From Candidatus Marinacidobacterales bacterium (GTDB taxonomy: Bacteria > Acidobacteriota > Vicinamibacteria > Marinacidobacterales > DATDRI01): a stretch of 64,000 nt of DNA. The DNA is taken from the NCBI GenBank assembly GCA_965219415.1, contig OZ244742.1:768001-832000 (forward strand), read 5' to 3'. Every line of letters begins with the position of its first letter. Within the stretch, counting starts at the first letter, position 1. Shown here piece by piece: positions 39,581-50,500 of the stretch. Made by a program: the position numbers and the translations under genes. The notes beneath the pieces were generated by a model that had not been told where the DNA came from, did no database searches, and was given only the letters and a program-made list of their open reading frames with translations.

Positions 39581-40285
39581 CTAGCTCTTGGGAGCTGGCT
39601 CTGTCTGCTTCTTGGGAATCTCGTTCTCGTCGTAGTAGTCGATCTTGTGGAGCGGCATGACCACACTCGAGAGAATATTGAGCGCGTGGCCGCCAATGCG
39701 CTTGTAATAGCGCGAGCAAAGGACCAACACCGCGGTCGTCGCGGCATCGTGCTTAGAGCTGGCAACCCGCTGGATCAGTGACTCACATCGGTGGGCAAGG
39801 TCTCGACTCTGGTGAATGTATTGCATGGCGCGCTCACTGTCGGAGTTCGCAAAGATGTCCAGGGTGGCCTGGAAGGCGTCTTCGACACCCCGACGGATCT
39901 CCTTGAGCTCGTCAACCAGCTCGTCCTCCGGTAGCGGCGCGGAGCGAATGTCCACCAGCTCCCCCAGATTCTTCGCGTAGTCCCCTATCCGCTCCACGTC
40001 TTTGACCAGGCTCATCAATAGCAGTGAGTACGGAACGTCTTGAGTGTTTCCCGGAATCGACAAATGGGCAACGACCCTCTTACGAATCGAGCGTTCCAGC
40101 TGATTGACCCGTACATCCTGCTCGTAGATTCGGGTCCGCTCCTCGGGAGAGTTCTGGTTGTTGAAAAAAATATCGCCCGCGTGGGTCGTCATTTCGAGGG
40201 TGATCTGTAGCATCTTGGCGAACTTCTTGCCCATCGCGCTGAGCGGATTCTGCGAACGAAATATGGTGAGTAATTCACGAAGCAT
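39581..40285 (-). CDS. PhoU-domain protein
   Basis: DVRVNQLERSIRK, KDVERIGDYAKN, YYKRIGGH; downstream of a Na/Pi transporter. Confidence 0.88.
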   Translation of the reverse strand: MLRELLTIFRSQNPLSAMGKKFAKMLQITLEMTTHAGDIFFNNQNSPEERTRIYEQDVRVNQLERSIRKRVVAHLSIPGNTQDVPYSLLLMSLVKDVERIGDYAKNLGELVDIRSAPLPEDELVDELKEIRRGVEDAFQATLDIFANSDSERAMQYIHQSRDLAHRCESLIQRVASSKHDAATTAVLVLCSRYYKRIGGHALNILSSVVMPLHKIDYYDENEIPKKQTEPAPKS

Positions 40286-40303
40286 GGGTATCTCCCCTAC
40301 CTA

Positions 40304-41476
40304 TCACCGAAGTGCCTTGTCCAAGATTATCAAGAGAGCCGGTACGCCGTAAAACAACCCGACCACATAGGCGAGAGCCACTTTGCGAGACTGCACCGCG
40401 CGATCGGCCAGACCGCGGGCCAGCCTCAAAGGAATCTTACGGATCGCGGACACGGGGTAAATGAGCAGCGTACCGGTGAGGTTAAAGAGCAAGTGAACCA
40501 AACCTATTTGGACACCGGCGGCGGCGTTGGGTCCGGACACAGCTAGCGAAGCCAGTAGCGCGGTGACGGTCGTACCGATGTTTGCCCCCAGAGTGATCGG
40601 AAACGCCTGTTCGAGGGTCAGCAAACCGGCTCCCGCTAACGGCACGAGCAATGCCGTCGTGATGGAGCTCGACTGAACCATGACCGTCACAATGACGCCT
40701 ATCAACATGGACAGGATCGTGCTCGAACCGAAGACACCGCCGACGTAACGTTCCACCCGAGTCTGCATGACCGAGCGCATCACCTTCACCAACAATGCCA
40801 AGGCGGTGAAGATCAATAAGGCACTCACAAAGATGACCACGACCGCCTGGCCGCGCTCGCTTTGAAACAGGAGCTTGGCGAAATCTTTGACTGGGGCGAG
40901 GCCAACCTTGAGAGCATCTTTCATCGGACTCTGGTAACTGACACCCCCGACCCCCTCGAGCGGGCCGATCAGGAAGGCGGCCGCCCCTTGCAGGAAGCCC
41001 GTCGTCAGCTCCAACGGAACCAGGATCGCGACACTCATGTAGTTGAAGAAGTCGTGGCAGGTCGCAACCGCGAAGGCTCGGCGGAACTCCTCCCGACGAC
41101 CCATGTGGGCCAACGCAACGATAGTGTTGGTAACCGTCGTGCCGATATTGGCACCCATCACCATGGGTACCGCGTTGGCGAGAGGCAATGGATTTTCCGG
41201 TGCCGCGACCAGGCCGACAATCATGGAAGTCGTCACCGAGGAGCTCTGGACGAGCGTCGTTGCCAGGATCCCTACCATCAGGCCGATAAAGGGATTTTCG
41301 GTGGCGGCAAAGAAGCCCTCCAGAAGATCTCGACCCAGCATCTTGAAGCCGTCCCCGAGCCCCTTCACTCCAATCAAGAAAACGAAAAGCAACAATAGGA
41401 TCGAGGCGAGGCGCAGCAGAAGGTGCCCCGGGGATCCCGGGCTGAGGGCGGTTGTTTCTCGGTGGGACGGATTCAT
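40304..41476 (-). CDS. Na+/phosphate cotransporter (NptA / SLC34-like)
   Basis: Duplicated VQSSS.TT and GANIGTT motifs. Confidence 0.93.
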   Translation of the reverse strand: MNPSHRETTALSPGSPGHLLLRLASILLLLFVFLIGVKGLGDGFKMLGRDLLEGFFAATENPFIGLMVGILATTLVQSSSVTTSMIVGLVAAPENPLPLANAVPMVMGANIGTTVTNTIVALAHMGRREEFRRAFAVATCHDFFNYMSVAILVPLELTTGFLQGAAAFLIGPLEGVGGVSYQSPMKDALKVGLAPVKDFAKLLFQSERGQAVVVIFVSALLIFTALALLVKVMRSVMQTRVERYVGGVFGSSTILSMLIGVIVTVMVQSSSITTALLVPLAGAGLLTLEQAFPITLGANIGTTVTALLASLAVSGPNAAAGVQIGLVHLLFNLTGTLLIYPVSAIRKIPLRLARGLADRAVQSRKVALAYVVGLFYGVPALLIILDKALR

Positions 41477-41612
41477 TCAGCTGAGCGGAAGTTCTGTTAT
41501 CTTGATTCGCCGCGGCAGGTCAACCTGTGAAGGTCAATTGGGATGTTAACGGGACGTTAGCATTCGATTACAGAAAGTTGTGCTAGCACCGGCCCTCGCA
41601 CGGCCGCCGGCT

Positions 41613-42221
41613 CTAGGTTTTGATTACCGCGTCCACACCATCCGTTGCCTCGATCTCACCTTCGGAAAAATTCTGGGTCTGGAAAACGAAGACCTCGAGC
41701 CGTCCCGTCCGCCAAGCGGAGTCCGACAATCCGGCTTTCCGACAAACGCCATTTAGAAAACCCTCTCGGTCCCAGCCTTGCTCGGGAGCGACCTGCGGAA
41801 GCAAAAGGCCCCGGCGTTCCGAATCGACGACGAGCAGACCGTCCCGCCCGACGACGATATTCTCGAGGTTATCGACCTTCTCCAGGGGAGAAAGCACGGA
41901 AATCGATATTCTCAGTTCCGATAGCTCGCTGCGCCCCACCGGTTGGAAGCGGAAATCCTCGCTGGCAGCCGATCGCGCGCAACGGGAGATCATTTGATGG
42001 AGAGGATAGAGTGGCTCGCTGTATCCCACGCACCCGCGCAGGACACCCTCAAGGGTGAGGGTAACGAAGGCGGCGGCTGGTTTTTCGAGCGCAGAATCTG
42101 TCAGCCGGTAGGACGCCTCGGCCCCATCGTCCAGGAACTCCTCGAGAGTCCAGCGCGCTATGTTCAAGAGTGCTCGGCGCTGAACGGAACTCAAGCTCGG
42201 GTGTGCATCCTCGTCTCGCAC
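41613..42221 (-). CDS. AmmeMemoRadiSam system protein A (AMMECR1 domain)
   Basis: FVTL, LRGCVG, D.RF.P, ISVLSP, GLLLPQV, CRKAGL. Confidence 0.93.
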   Translation of the reverse strand: MRDEDAHPSLSSVQRRALLNIARWTLEEFLDDGAEASYRLTDSALEKPAAAFVTLTLEGVLRGCVGYSEPLYPLHQMISRCARSAASEDFRFQPVGRSELSELRISISVLSPLEKVDNLENIVVGRDGLLVVDSERRGLLLPQVAPEQGWDREGFLNGVCRKAGLSDSAWRTGRLEVFVFQTQNFSEGEIEATDGVDAVIKT

Positions 42222-42232
42222 CGCTGTGGTTC

Positions 42233-43081
42233 CTAACCGCAAACCGCCGCCGACAGATAGCCGACCACCTCCGATCTGTCGCCGCTGACGTCTCCCGAGT
42301 CGCCATACCTCAGTATCTGTGCCGATCGACCACCGAGAGCACGAGCCGCTCGCATCACGGCGACCAGTGGCCCGCCGCCACAGGCATGCTCGTGAGTCGT
42401 CTCCAGAAGCTCCATGAGTCCATCCGGATCGAACGCATCGACGAGGGCGGACACCTTTCCATCCATCACCTTCGCAACCTCTGCGGATTTGTAGTGGGAT
42501 AGATCTGAACTCGCGATCAAGAGTGGTTGCCTGCCGCCGCCGGCTAGAGTCCCGGAAATGGCATCGGCAACGGCTTCGACGTTCTGACGACGTTGATCTC
42601 CCATGATGATCGGAACGATCTTCATCTCGGGGTTCAGAACCTGTAGGAAGGGTAACTGCATCTCGAGGCAGTGCTCTTGATCATGAGCCTCGAAGAATAC
42701 GCGCATACAGGGGCTGCTTTCATGAACCGCCCCGGCAAGTTCTTCGTCTATCTGAATGCGCCCGAGAGGCGTTTCGAAGGCACCGCGATCATAAACAGAT
42801 GCGCCCTGAAAGTAGACGTGGTGGGACGGGCCCAACAGAAGCACGGTATCGAAAGGTCTCTGCTCCAAGAGGCGATAACCGGCAGCGGCTACTCCGCCCG
42901 AGTATCGCAAGCCCGCATGAGGACTAAGAAGGGCAACGAGCTCTCCGTCGAGATCGACCGGCTCGACCGCCTCCAAGAGGTCGCGCACCGCGCGCTCGAG
43001 GGTATCGGGCTGGCCGGGATACCAGGTACCGGCGATCGGTGATGATCGAACCCGAGAGCCGGAGAGCTTGCTATCCTCCAT
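42233..43081 (-). CDS. AmmeMemoRadiSam system protein B (Memo1-like)
   Basis: AGTWYP, PHAG..YSG, GPSH, EHCLEMQLPFL, SSDLSHY, ACGG, SGD. Confidence 0.93.
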   Translation of the reverse strand: MEDSKLSGSRVRSSPIAGTWYPGQPDTLERAVRDLLEAVEPVDLDGELVALLSPHAGLRYSGGVAAAGYRLLEQRPFDTVLLLGPSHHVYFQGASVYDRGAFETPLGRIQIDEELAGAVHESSPCMRVFFEAHDQEHCLEMQLPFLQVLNPEMKIVPIIMGDQRRQNVEAVADAISGTLAGGGRQPLLIASSDLSHYKSAEVAKVMDGKVSALVDAFDPDGLMELLETTHEHACGGGPLVAVMRAARALGGRSAQILRYGDSGDVSGDRSEVVGYLSAAVCG

Positions 43082-43184
43082 TGTGGGGCTCGGCAATTCT
43101 GAGAGTCAATTCACTTATTAGTGATCTGCGGAGGGTTGTTTGTCAAAACCGTCCTCCGGGAGCACACACCGCTCGAGAGAACGG

Positions 43185-43826
43185 CTAAAGATTGGGCTCG
43201 ACAGCCTCTTCAGAGGGGGCTCGAAGTCTTTTCTTGAGCGTCGTCACCACGAGGTAAATCACGATGCAAGCTAAGGTGGCGGCACACGCAACCATGGCTA
43301 CCTGCATGTAGTTATCGTGCAAGTAGGCCATGGCTCGATCGCCGTACCGCACCGCGAGCCACGCTTCGAAAGAGTACCGGAAACCGCGCCCCAGAAGGAT
43401 GGCGACGAGAAATCTGCCGAACGGAATCTTGAAGACCCCTGCGGACAAAACGAAGATCTTGAACGGGAAGGGCGGCGGGAGAAGAGCGGGCCCGATGAGC
43501 GCAAACATACCGTAGCGCCGAAAAACACCCAGCGCTGAGTTGAGCCTCTCTTGCGAGTAGCGCTTTGATAAGAATCCATAGCCTTTCGATCTCCCCAGCC
43601 AATAGAGCACCGTGCAGCCGGCCGCCGAGCCGAGCGCAGCCATGATCGCGTAGTAAAGCGCGTATTCTTTGAAGCGCACGCAAAAATAGATAATGAGGAG
43701 ATCATGGATCTCGGGTAGCGAGATGAACGAAGAGTCGAAAAACGCTATGAAAAAGAGGCCGGCTCCGGCCCCAATGCTACCGAGTCCAACGACCGACGCG
43801 CGAAGATAATCGGCTATATTTTGCAT
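43185..43826 (-). CDS. DedA/YqaA (VTT) family membrane protein
   Basis: FFDSSF..LP...D, PPPFPFK.F, GRGFRY. Confidence 0.88.
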   Translation of the reverse strand: MQNIADYLRASVVGLGSIGAGAGLFFIAFFDSSFISLPEIHDLLIIYFCVRFKEYALYYAIMAALGSAAGCTVLYWLGRSKGYGFLSKRYSQERLNSALGVFRRYGMFALIGPALLPPPFPFKIFVLSAGVFKIPFGRFLVAILLGRGFRYSFEAWLAVRYGDRAMAYLHDNYMQVAMVACAATLACIVIYLVVTTLKKRLRAPSEEAVEPNL

Positions 43827-43844
43827 GAGAAGTGAAGATCAGAC

Positions 43845-43902
43845 GGGTTTACGGGATGAACAGGATAGAGGTCCTTATATCTCGTCAATCCTGTGTATCC
43901 CG
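43845..43902. repeat. REP-like imperfect palindrome (ACAGGAT/ATCCTGT type)
   Basis: tttacgggatgaacaggat ... aatcctgtgtatcccg. Confidence 0.45.
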
Positions 43903-43998
43903 CCCACCAAAAAACAGTGATTGCGTTTCTCCTGGTGCACAATAAAAGGCGCAGCGCTCGCGCGCTGCGCCATAAGACGCATGGAGTGACAACTCGTC

Positions 43999-45612
43999 CT
44001 AGTCGAGCTGCACCGGAATCCAAAGGAAGCTCGACTGCCCCCGAGCGACGCGCTCTACTCGAAGCAAGAGGTCGCCGCCTGTATCAACTTGTGTTATCTC
44101 CCGTTCCAAGTCATCGACGTTGGCGACCGGCTCGCGGTTCGCCTCGAGGATAATATCTCCGCGCCGGAGTCCGGCATCCGCTGCCGGCCCCGCCGGATCG
44201 ATCCCGAGAATCGCCACGCCGGCTCGTGTTGACGTGCCCAGCTGTGAGGCTAGCTGGGGCGTGAGGTCCTGGACCGAAACCCCGAGTCGGCCACGCTCGG
44301 TTTCTTCACTTTGCTCGGTGTGGGCGGCGAGATTCTTGGCCCGCGTCCCCAGTGTGACGCTCGTGGCTTTCAGCTTGCCATCCCGATAAAATTTGATTCG
44401 GACCGCCTCTCCCGGGCGCACGTCGGCCACCATTCGCACGAGCCCGGTATCCGAGTCGACTTTTTTCCCGTCCAGCTCGACGATCACATCCCCCGCCTGA
44501 AGGCCTCCTTTAGCCGCAGGCGAGTCCTCTCCGAGAACTTCGCTAACCACGGCTCCTTTTTGGTCTTCCAATTTGAAGCTCCGCGCCAGCTCGGGCGTTA
44601 GCTTCTGGATTCCCACGCCCAGCCACCCGCGAGTAACGGAGCCATGCTCGACGAGTTGATCGTAAATCTTGCGGCCCAGGTTCGAGGGAATGGCGAATCC
44701 AATCCCCATGCTGCCGCCGCTAGCGGAGATTATGTTGGAGTTGATTCCGACCACTTGCCCCTTCATGTTGACGAGGGGCCCTCCGGAGTTACCGGGGTTG
44801 ATCGCGGCATCGGTCTGGATGAAGTCGTCGTAGGATCCCCGTTGGATCATTCTTTCCTTGGCGCTCACGATGCCGGCGGTGACCGTGTGGCCGAAACCAA
44901 AGGGATTACCGATCGCCAGCACCCACTCCCCGACCACGAGCTCGTTCGAGTCGCCGAGCAAGGCGAAGGGGAACTCTTCATCCGACTCAATCCGAATGAC
45001 CGCTAGATCCGTCTCTGGGTCAGCCCCCACCACTTCCGCCGCAAAACTGCTTTCATCGGAAAGCTGCACTTCGATCTCGTCAGCCTTCTCGACCACGTGA
45101 TTGTTGGTCAATATGTAACCACGCGAATCCACGATCACACCGGACCCTAGGCTACGGCGCCGCCGCTCACCCTGAGGTCCGCCGAAGAAACGCTCGAAGA
45201 GGTCATCGAACGGTCCTCCCAGCCCCGGTTGTTCGAAGGGTGAATCCGACAGGACCTTTTCCGTCGAGATATTCACCACCGCCGGCTTTACGCTGGCGGA
45301 GACGCCGACAAAGACACGCGACAGCGCTTCGGGGTCGGGAAGCTTGTCTTCATCGGCGGGAATCGAAGCTCGTTCCGGTATGGCGGCTATGGTCGGTATG
45401 GAAAGCGCCGGTCCCGGTCCTCTCTCGCCCTCAGGCTCGAGAGAAGCAGCAGGGATCGGTCCTTGGTCGGCCGGGCCCTTCGCCAACGGCCCGGAGACCC
45501 CCAGGGCAATCGACAGTCCCAAAGCGACGGCCCCCGCACCAGCAGCCAGCGCAAAAAACCGACCCCACCTAAGGGTCCGGCGAACAACCGGCCCGTCTGG
45601 ATTGAAGTTCAT
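43999..45612 (-). CDS. DegP/DegQ-family serine protease with two PDZ domains
   Basis: TNNHV, TDLAV, QTDAAINPGNSGGPL, RGWLGV; AGGAG RBS before 45612. Confidence 0.95.
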   Translation of the reverse strand: MNFNPDGPVVRRTLRWGRFFALAAGAGAVALGLSIALGVSGPLAKGPADQGPIPAASLEPEGERGPGPALSIPTIAAIPERASIPADEDKLPDPEALSRVFVGVSASVKPAVVNISTEKVLSDSPFEQPGLGGPFDDLFERFFGGPQGERRRRSLGSGVIVDSRGYILTNNHVVEKADEIEVQLSDESSFAAEVVGADPETDLAVIRIESDEEFPFALLGDSNELVVGEWVLAIGNPFGFGHTVTAGIVSAKERMIQRGSYDDFIQTDAAINPGNSGGPLVNMKGQVVGINSNIISASGGSMGIGFAIPSNLGRKIYDQLVEHGSVTRGWLGVGIQKLTPELARSFKLEDQKGAVVSEVLGEDSPAAKGGLQAGDVIVELDGKKVDSDTGLVRMVADVRPGEAVRIKFYRDGKLKATSVTLGTRAKNLAAHTEQSEETERGRLGVSVQDLTPQLASQLGTSTRAGVAILGIDPAGPAADAGLRRGDIILEANREPVANVDDLEREITQVDTGGDLLLRVERVARGQSSFLWIPVQLD

Positions 45613-45718
45613 TTTCAGTCTCACTCCTAGTAGATCTTCTGGCCGGCCCCACCGGGCCAAGCTGACCATACCATTATAGCAGTGCTGAGCTCCCGAGGCC
45701 TGGTGGGCCACCGGACGG

Positions 45719-46381
45719 TCAGAATCGAAAAGTGAGCCCGAAGGTCAACTGAGTTGCGTCTAGATCGAGGTCGCCGAAACTCGCAAAGTCGCCGCCAAGC
45801 TCGGCGCGGACGAAATGGCGCCGGAGCTCCCCGAAGACCAAAAAACCCGGGGAGAGCGACGCCTCGAGACCCGCCGCCGCGTAGAGACCAGCCGCTACTC
45901 CGCGGTCATAAAAGACGGCTCCAAAGATCTCGGAAGTCGTGAAGTCGATGAACTCACCCTCTTCTCGGTACTCGTATACGTACAGACCAAGCCCACCCGC
46001 AACGTAGGGCAGCAGCACGTGGAACTTCCCGGCTGGAAAAAAGCGAGCCCCAACCGTAACCGGCGCCACCCGTAACCGTACATCCTGGACGACCTCACTG
46101 CCGTCGTCGCGCACGAAATCCCGATAGCGGGAGGCCACCGTGCGGCTGTAGCCATCCACGCCCATTGCAACGTCCACGTATTCGTTTAGCTCGAAATCGA
46201 ACTCAACTCCCGCGAACAGCGAGTTGAAATCGGTCACGGCGTAATCGAAGGTCTCTACGTTCTCCGCCCAGAGTCGACTATCGCCCCGCGGTGAAAACAA
46301 ACCGAGTCGGATGGAAAACGAGTCCGCCTCGGTGGGAGCGGTCACCAACAAGACGCCAAGGATCAACGCAGCGGTTCTCAT
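45719..46381 (-). CDS. Outer-membrane beta-barrel protein
   Basis: Signal peptide, amphipathic strands (PYVAGGLGLY), C-terminal GLTFRF. Confidence 0.85.
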   Translation of the reverse strand: MRTAALILGVLLVTAPTEADSFSIRLGLFSPRGDSRLWAENVETFDYAVTDFNSLFAGVEFDFELNEYVDVAMGVDGYSRTVASRYRDFVRDDGSEVVQDVRLRVAPVTVGARFFPAGKFHVLLPYVAGGLGLYVYEYREEGEFIDFTTSEIFGAVFYDRGVAAGLYAAAGLEASLSPGFLVFGELRRHFVRAELGGDFASFGDLDLDATQLTFGLTFRF

Positions 46382-46437
46382 GAAGTCCCCCTTTGCTTTG
46401 CGATTCCGGGGACTCCTACGATGCTCCTTGGAGTGAT

Positions 46438-46453
46438 TGCAGAACGTATGCCA
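46438..46453 (-). promoter_or_regulatory. Probable sigma54 promoter
   Basis: TGGCAT-ACGTT-CTGCA upstream of the beta-barrel gene. Confidence 0.55.
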
Positions 46454-46558
46454 ACCTCGCCAAGCGACCGGCAGGCACGGCGGGCCTTACTTTGGGGACA
46501 ATTCGCGTATGCGACGAGCTAGGGGCTTAAGACAGGTGTCCTCAAAATCGGATAGGTG

Positions 46559-47338
46559 TCACCGAGTAGCGGAGTCTTTGAGTACGCGCAACATCTCTCG
46601 GTGTAGGACACCGTTCGAAGCAAGCGCTTGCTTCCCGTGACAACTGAAAGCCTCTCCCGAGAAATCGCTCACTCGACCTCCAGACTCGGTAAGGATGATC
46701 GAGCCCGCCGCGGTGTCCCAAGGCCCAAGCTTCTCTTCCCAGAATCCATCGTATCGACCGGCCGCGACATAGCACATGTCCAAGGCCGCCGAGCCATCCC
46801 TACGGATGGCTCGCACTTCCGCCATAAAGCGAGTGAACAGTCGCAAATTGCCGGAGACATCTTCGAGCAGGTCGTACGGGAAACCGGTGACCACCAACGC
46901 ATTGCGAAGCTCATGCGTACGAGAAACCTGGAGACGTCTTCCGTTCAGGAACGCGCCACCACCCTTCTCGGCGACGAACAGCTCCTCGCGCGTGGGGTCG
47001 TAAACGACTCCGGCTCGTATCGCACCGGCCTCTTCGTAGCCAATCGACACCGCGAAGACCGGATAGCCGTGAGCGAAGTTAGTCGTCCCGTCCAGGGGGT
47101 CCACGATGAATCGCTGGTCGCTCGTACCCTCGCTCTCGCCGCTTTCTTCAGCGAGGATCGCAACCCCCGGCACGCGTTTCCTGAGGATGGAAACGACGGT
47201 TAGCTCCGACTGAGTGTCCGCCTCGGTGACGAGATTGAGATCTCCTTTGAACGAGATTTCGAACGTGCCTCCATAGAAGCCACGGATCACCTCGCCCCCG
47301 GCGAGCGCGGCCTCGATCGCGGCGGCTACCGCTCTCAT
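46559..47338 (-). CDS. suhB: Inositol monophosphatase
   Basis: LVTEAD, AEE, DPLDGTTNFAHG, GSAALD, WDTAAG. Confidence 0.92.
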   Translation of the reverse strand: MRAVAAAIEAALAGGEVIRGFYGGTFEISFKGDLNLVTEADTQSELTVVSILRKRVPGVAILAEESGESEGTSDQRFIVDPLDGTTNFAHGYPVFAVSIGYEEAGAIRAGVVYDPTREELFVAEKGGGAFLNGRRLQVSRTHELRNALVVTGFPYDLLEDVSGNLRLFTRFMAEVRAIRRDGSAALDMCYVAAGRYDGFWEEKLGPWDTAAGSIILTESGGRVSDFSGEAFSCHGKQALASNGVLHREMLRVLKDSATR

Positions 47339-47427
47339 TGCGGCGTTCGACCCCTGCTGGGCCCGCTGGGCCTGCTCGATATGACAGGCAGGTTGGTCAA
47401 CATGGATTGTCATTATAATGCGTTCCG

Positions 47428-48995
47428 ATGCGCCTTACCGTGGCTCTTATTGTCCTCGGAGCCGTTTCCTTCTTTTATCGCCTCGGAGGCGTGGGCCTTG
47501 TCGGCCCCGATGAATCTCGCTACGCCGAGGTGTCGCGAGGAATGTTGGAACGAGGCGATTGGGTAACTCCGGAGCTTCGCGGTGAGCCTTGGCTTCACAA
47601 GCCCCCTCTCTTCTACTGGGCCGCCGCCGCGAGCATGTGGACGTTGGGAGAGACGGAGGCCGCGGCGCGACTACCCTCGGCCCTCGCCGCCCTCGCTACC
47701 TGTCTATCGATCGGTTTTCTGGGGGCTCGGCTCTTCGGTTTTGCGAGCGGTATTCGATCGGCGGTTGTATTGGCAACCTCGCTCGGCATGGCGCTCTACG
47801 GGCGCGCGGCGATCATGGACTCGATTCTGACCTTTGCCCTGACGCTTGGGCTAGGAGCCTACCTGTTCCACGCGACGGTACAACCGGCACGACGATGGCT
47901 CGCCGTTGCCTACGCTGCGTTTGGAGCCTCCGTGCTCGCCAAAGGCCCGGTCGGCATCGTGCTTCCGATGCTCATCATCGTTCTCTTCGAGCTCCAGAGT
48001 CATCGCCGCCTGCTACCGAGACCTGGAAGCCTGCTAACATCCACCGCGTCGTTCCTGGTCGTGGTCGTCCCCTGGCACGTGGCGATCTTCAACGCGCAGG
48101 GTTGGGAATTCGTAGAGTCCTTCTTGTTTCAGCATAACCTCGATCGATTCCTGACCACTATCCACCGCCATGAGGGCCCTTTTTACTACTACCTTCCGAT
48201 TCTGGTTGTGGCTTTCGTCCCGTGGACCGCCTTCATTCCCGGCGCCGTCTCGAGTGCGTTTCGGAACAGAGATCCACGTCGTCTGTTTTTATTTTTGTGG
48301 ATTGCTGTTCCTTTGATCTTCTTCTCGCTTGCGGGCTCAAAGCTACCCGGATACATCTTGCCAATCCTTCCCCCCCTTCCCTTCTCGTCGGAACGTTCTG
48401 GAGCGACGAGTCCCGATCCCAAGAACCGGGATCCCGGTGGGTGGACCGGCCTCTCGTATTTCAGGTCGGGCTTTCTATTGCCCTTGGGGCAGCTGCGGTC
48501 TACGGCTTCTCCAGTCGACTCCCCGCGATCAACGAAGGCGGCTGGGTCTTGGGAGCTCTGGTGATCGTTCTCAGCGTCACGACGTACCTGCTTGGGCGGA
48601 GGCGCCCGCGCGTGGCGTTTTGGAGCCTGGTGGCGAGCTCGGCAACATTGACCCTCGCCCTTGTTCTTTATGTGGCTCCGTTGATGGAGCCTTACAAATC
48701 CCTCAGGATGCTCGCATCGAAAGGATTCGCGGAACTCGCCCCTCATGAACAAGTGATCTGCTACAAGAATTTCTATCCCCAAGCTCACTTCTACACGCAG
48801 GACCGCTTGGGAGAGATCTGGACCCTGGAGGAGTTTCGAATCCGTGTGGTGGAGTGGGGCCGAATCGTGACGTTAACCGAGCCTCATCGTTTCCAGGAGT
48901 TGGCAAACGACCCTTCTCTGCGCACCCGTGTCATCGCGGAGTGCGGAGGAAAGATCCTTGCTGAGGCCAGCCCGGCGGATGTTACGATGCCGTAA
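47428..48995 (+). CDS. ArnT/PMT-family (GT83) polyprenol-dependent glycosyltransferase, frameshifted near 48370
   Basis: DESRYAE..RGM, KPPLFYW, ARLPSA, AKGPVG, SKLPGYILP; frame break in a poly-C run. Confidence 0.88.
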
Positions 48996-49053
48996 GGCAA
49001 GGTGAGCGTGAGTCCTTGACGGACCCATGCACCTTGACTATAGTCCCGACCCC

Positions 49054-49557
49054 ATGGCGAAGAAGAAAAAGGCAACCCCCACCCGCAAGCCCCCCCGCAA
49101 GGTGACGACGCGAGCGAGCGGTTCGCCTTCGGTGAAACCCAAGGCCAAGGCGGCAGCCAAAAAACCAACCCCCTCGCCACCCGCACCGTCTCCACCGCGT
49201 CCGCCGTCCCCACCACCCGACGCGTTGCCGACCGCATCGCCGACGACCCCTGAGGAAAGTTCCTCCGAGCTACATCCAGCGGTCCCGATGGTCGTTAGTC
49301 TGCTCGCCCCTGGCCTGGGACTCTTGCTGCTGAAGAATCGGGATCACGTAAAAGATGCGTTATTAATCTTCGGCGTTTGGTTCTCCTACCTTGCAGTCTC
49401 TTTGGTACTGACACTTTTCATCGTGGGCATCTGTTGTTGGCTACCTCTGCCGCTGTTGAACGTAGCCGCAGGGATTCATTCGTACGATGAAGCCACGTTG
49501 GAGCAAGGCGGTTCGCCTCTGCTCTTCCAAAAAGGCTTCCGCATTTTCAAGGACTAG
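49054..49557 (+). CDS. Membrane protein with Lys/Pro-rich N-terminus
   Basis: KKKKA/PPPPS low complexity then S.LAPGLG plus TM helices (TM2-like). Confidence 0.7.
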   Translation: MAKKKKATPTRKPPRKVTTRASGSPSVKPKAKAAAKKPTPSPPAPSPPRPPSPPPDALPTASPTTPEESSSELHPAVPMVVSLLAPGLGLLLLKNRDHVKDALLIFGVWFSYLAVSLVLTLFIVGICCWLPLPLLNVAAGIHSYDEATLEQGGSPLLFQKGFRIFKD

Positions 49558-49558
49558 A

Positions 49559-49951
49559 GTGATGGCGGGCTTGGCCTACGCGGCGCTTTTTCAATTCATG
49601 GGCGTCTTCTGCCACCAAATGGCGGAGCGAAGTTGGTTCGCCTACGGCGTCCAGCTGCCGCTGTGTGTCCGGTGCACGGCGATCACGGTGGGGGCCTTGC
49701 TCGCTGCGGCCTACATCCTTACACGCCGGCCCATGCCTCGGATCGAGGTCTGCCTCCTCGGGGCTGCGCCCCTTGGCTTGGACATAGTCCTGCCGGCTTT
49801 GGGAGCGTACGAGGGGAGCAACGCTCTGCGGGCCTTGACCGGCCTTTGCTTCGGCTTCTTTGCCCCGATCGGGTCGCTGAGTTGGCTAGCGGCGCGGGGT
49901 GGGTCTAGTGCTAGTCTGCCTTCGCCGTCGAGATCTTCTTCACCATCTTGA
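49559..49951 (+). CDS. DUF2085 membrane protein
   Basis: CHQMAERS, PLCVRCT, N.LRALTG. Confidence 0.85.
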   Translation: MMAGLAYAALFQFMGVFCHQMAERSWFAYGVQLPLCVRCTAITVGALLAAAYILTRRPMPRIEVCLLGAAPLGLDIVLPALGAYEGSNALRALTGLCFGFFAPIGSLSWLAARGGSSASLPSPSRSSSPS

Positions 49952-50348
49952 CCTGTGTACCGCAATTGGGCGGGAAGCGGTACACGACTTCGTCCATGAA
50001 ATTCTTCATAAAAAAGATGCCCCTTCCATTGGCGCGAAGTAAGTTCTCCTCGGCCAAAGGGTCACGGAGCTTCTCCAGATCAAATCCCTCCCCTTCGTCC
50101 TCGACGTAAATCTGGAACTCCTGACCGTGCAGCTCGAAACGCACCACAACACGCTTCGTCGAGTCCATCTTGTTCCCGTGACGCACCGCGTTGGTCACCG
50201 ACTCACGGATAGCCACGCTCATCCAATGGGAGGAATCCTGATCGAAGCCGATTTGGGTGGAGATGGATTCGAAGACCGCCTGGACCAAATCCACCATCTC
50301 GAAACTACTCTGAATGTCGATTTGGACAACCTTGCTAGCGGACCCCAT
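49911..50348 (-). CDS. RsbW-like anti-sigma factor / Ser kinase
   Basis: ESVTNAVRHGN, EDEGEGFD, GRGIFFM..FMDEV. Confidence 0.92.
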   Translation of the reverse strand: MGSASKVVQIDIQSSFEMVDLVQAVFESISTQIGFDQDSSHWMSVAIRESVTNAVRHGNKMDSTKRVVVRFELHGQEFQIYVEDEGEGFDLEKLRDPLAEENLLRANGRGIFFMKNFMDEVVYRFPPNCGTQVKMVKKISTAKAD

Positions 50349-50500
50349 TCAGTGTCTTCCTCGCGTCTCGATGAATCGGCCCGACCGGGGATTTACGGGG
50401 ACTGCCCCGGAAGATTCCGGACTTACTAACACAAAGCCGCCACTGCAATCAAGGCGGGCCCCAGGACTCGCCCCCTTAGACCAGGGCATGGTACCATTTC

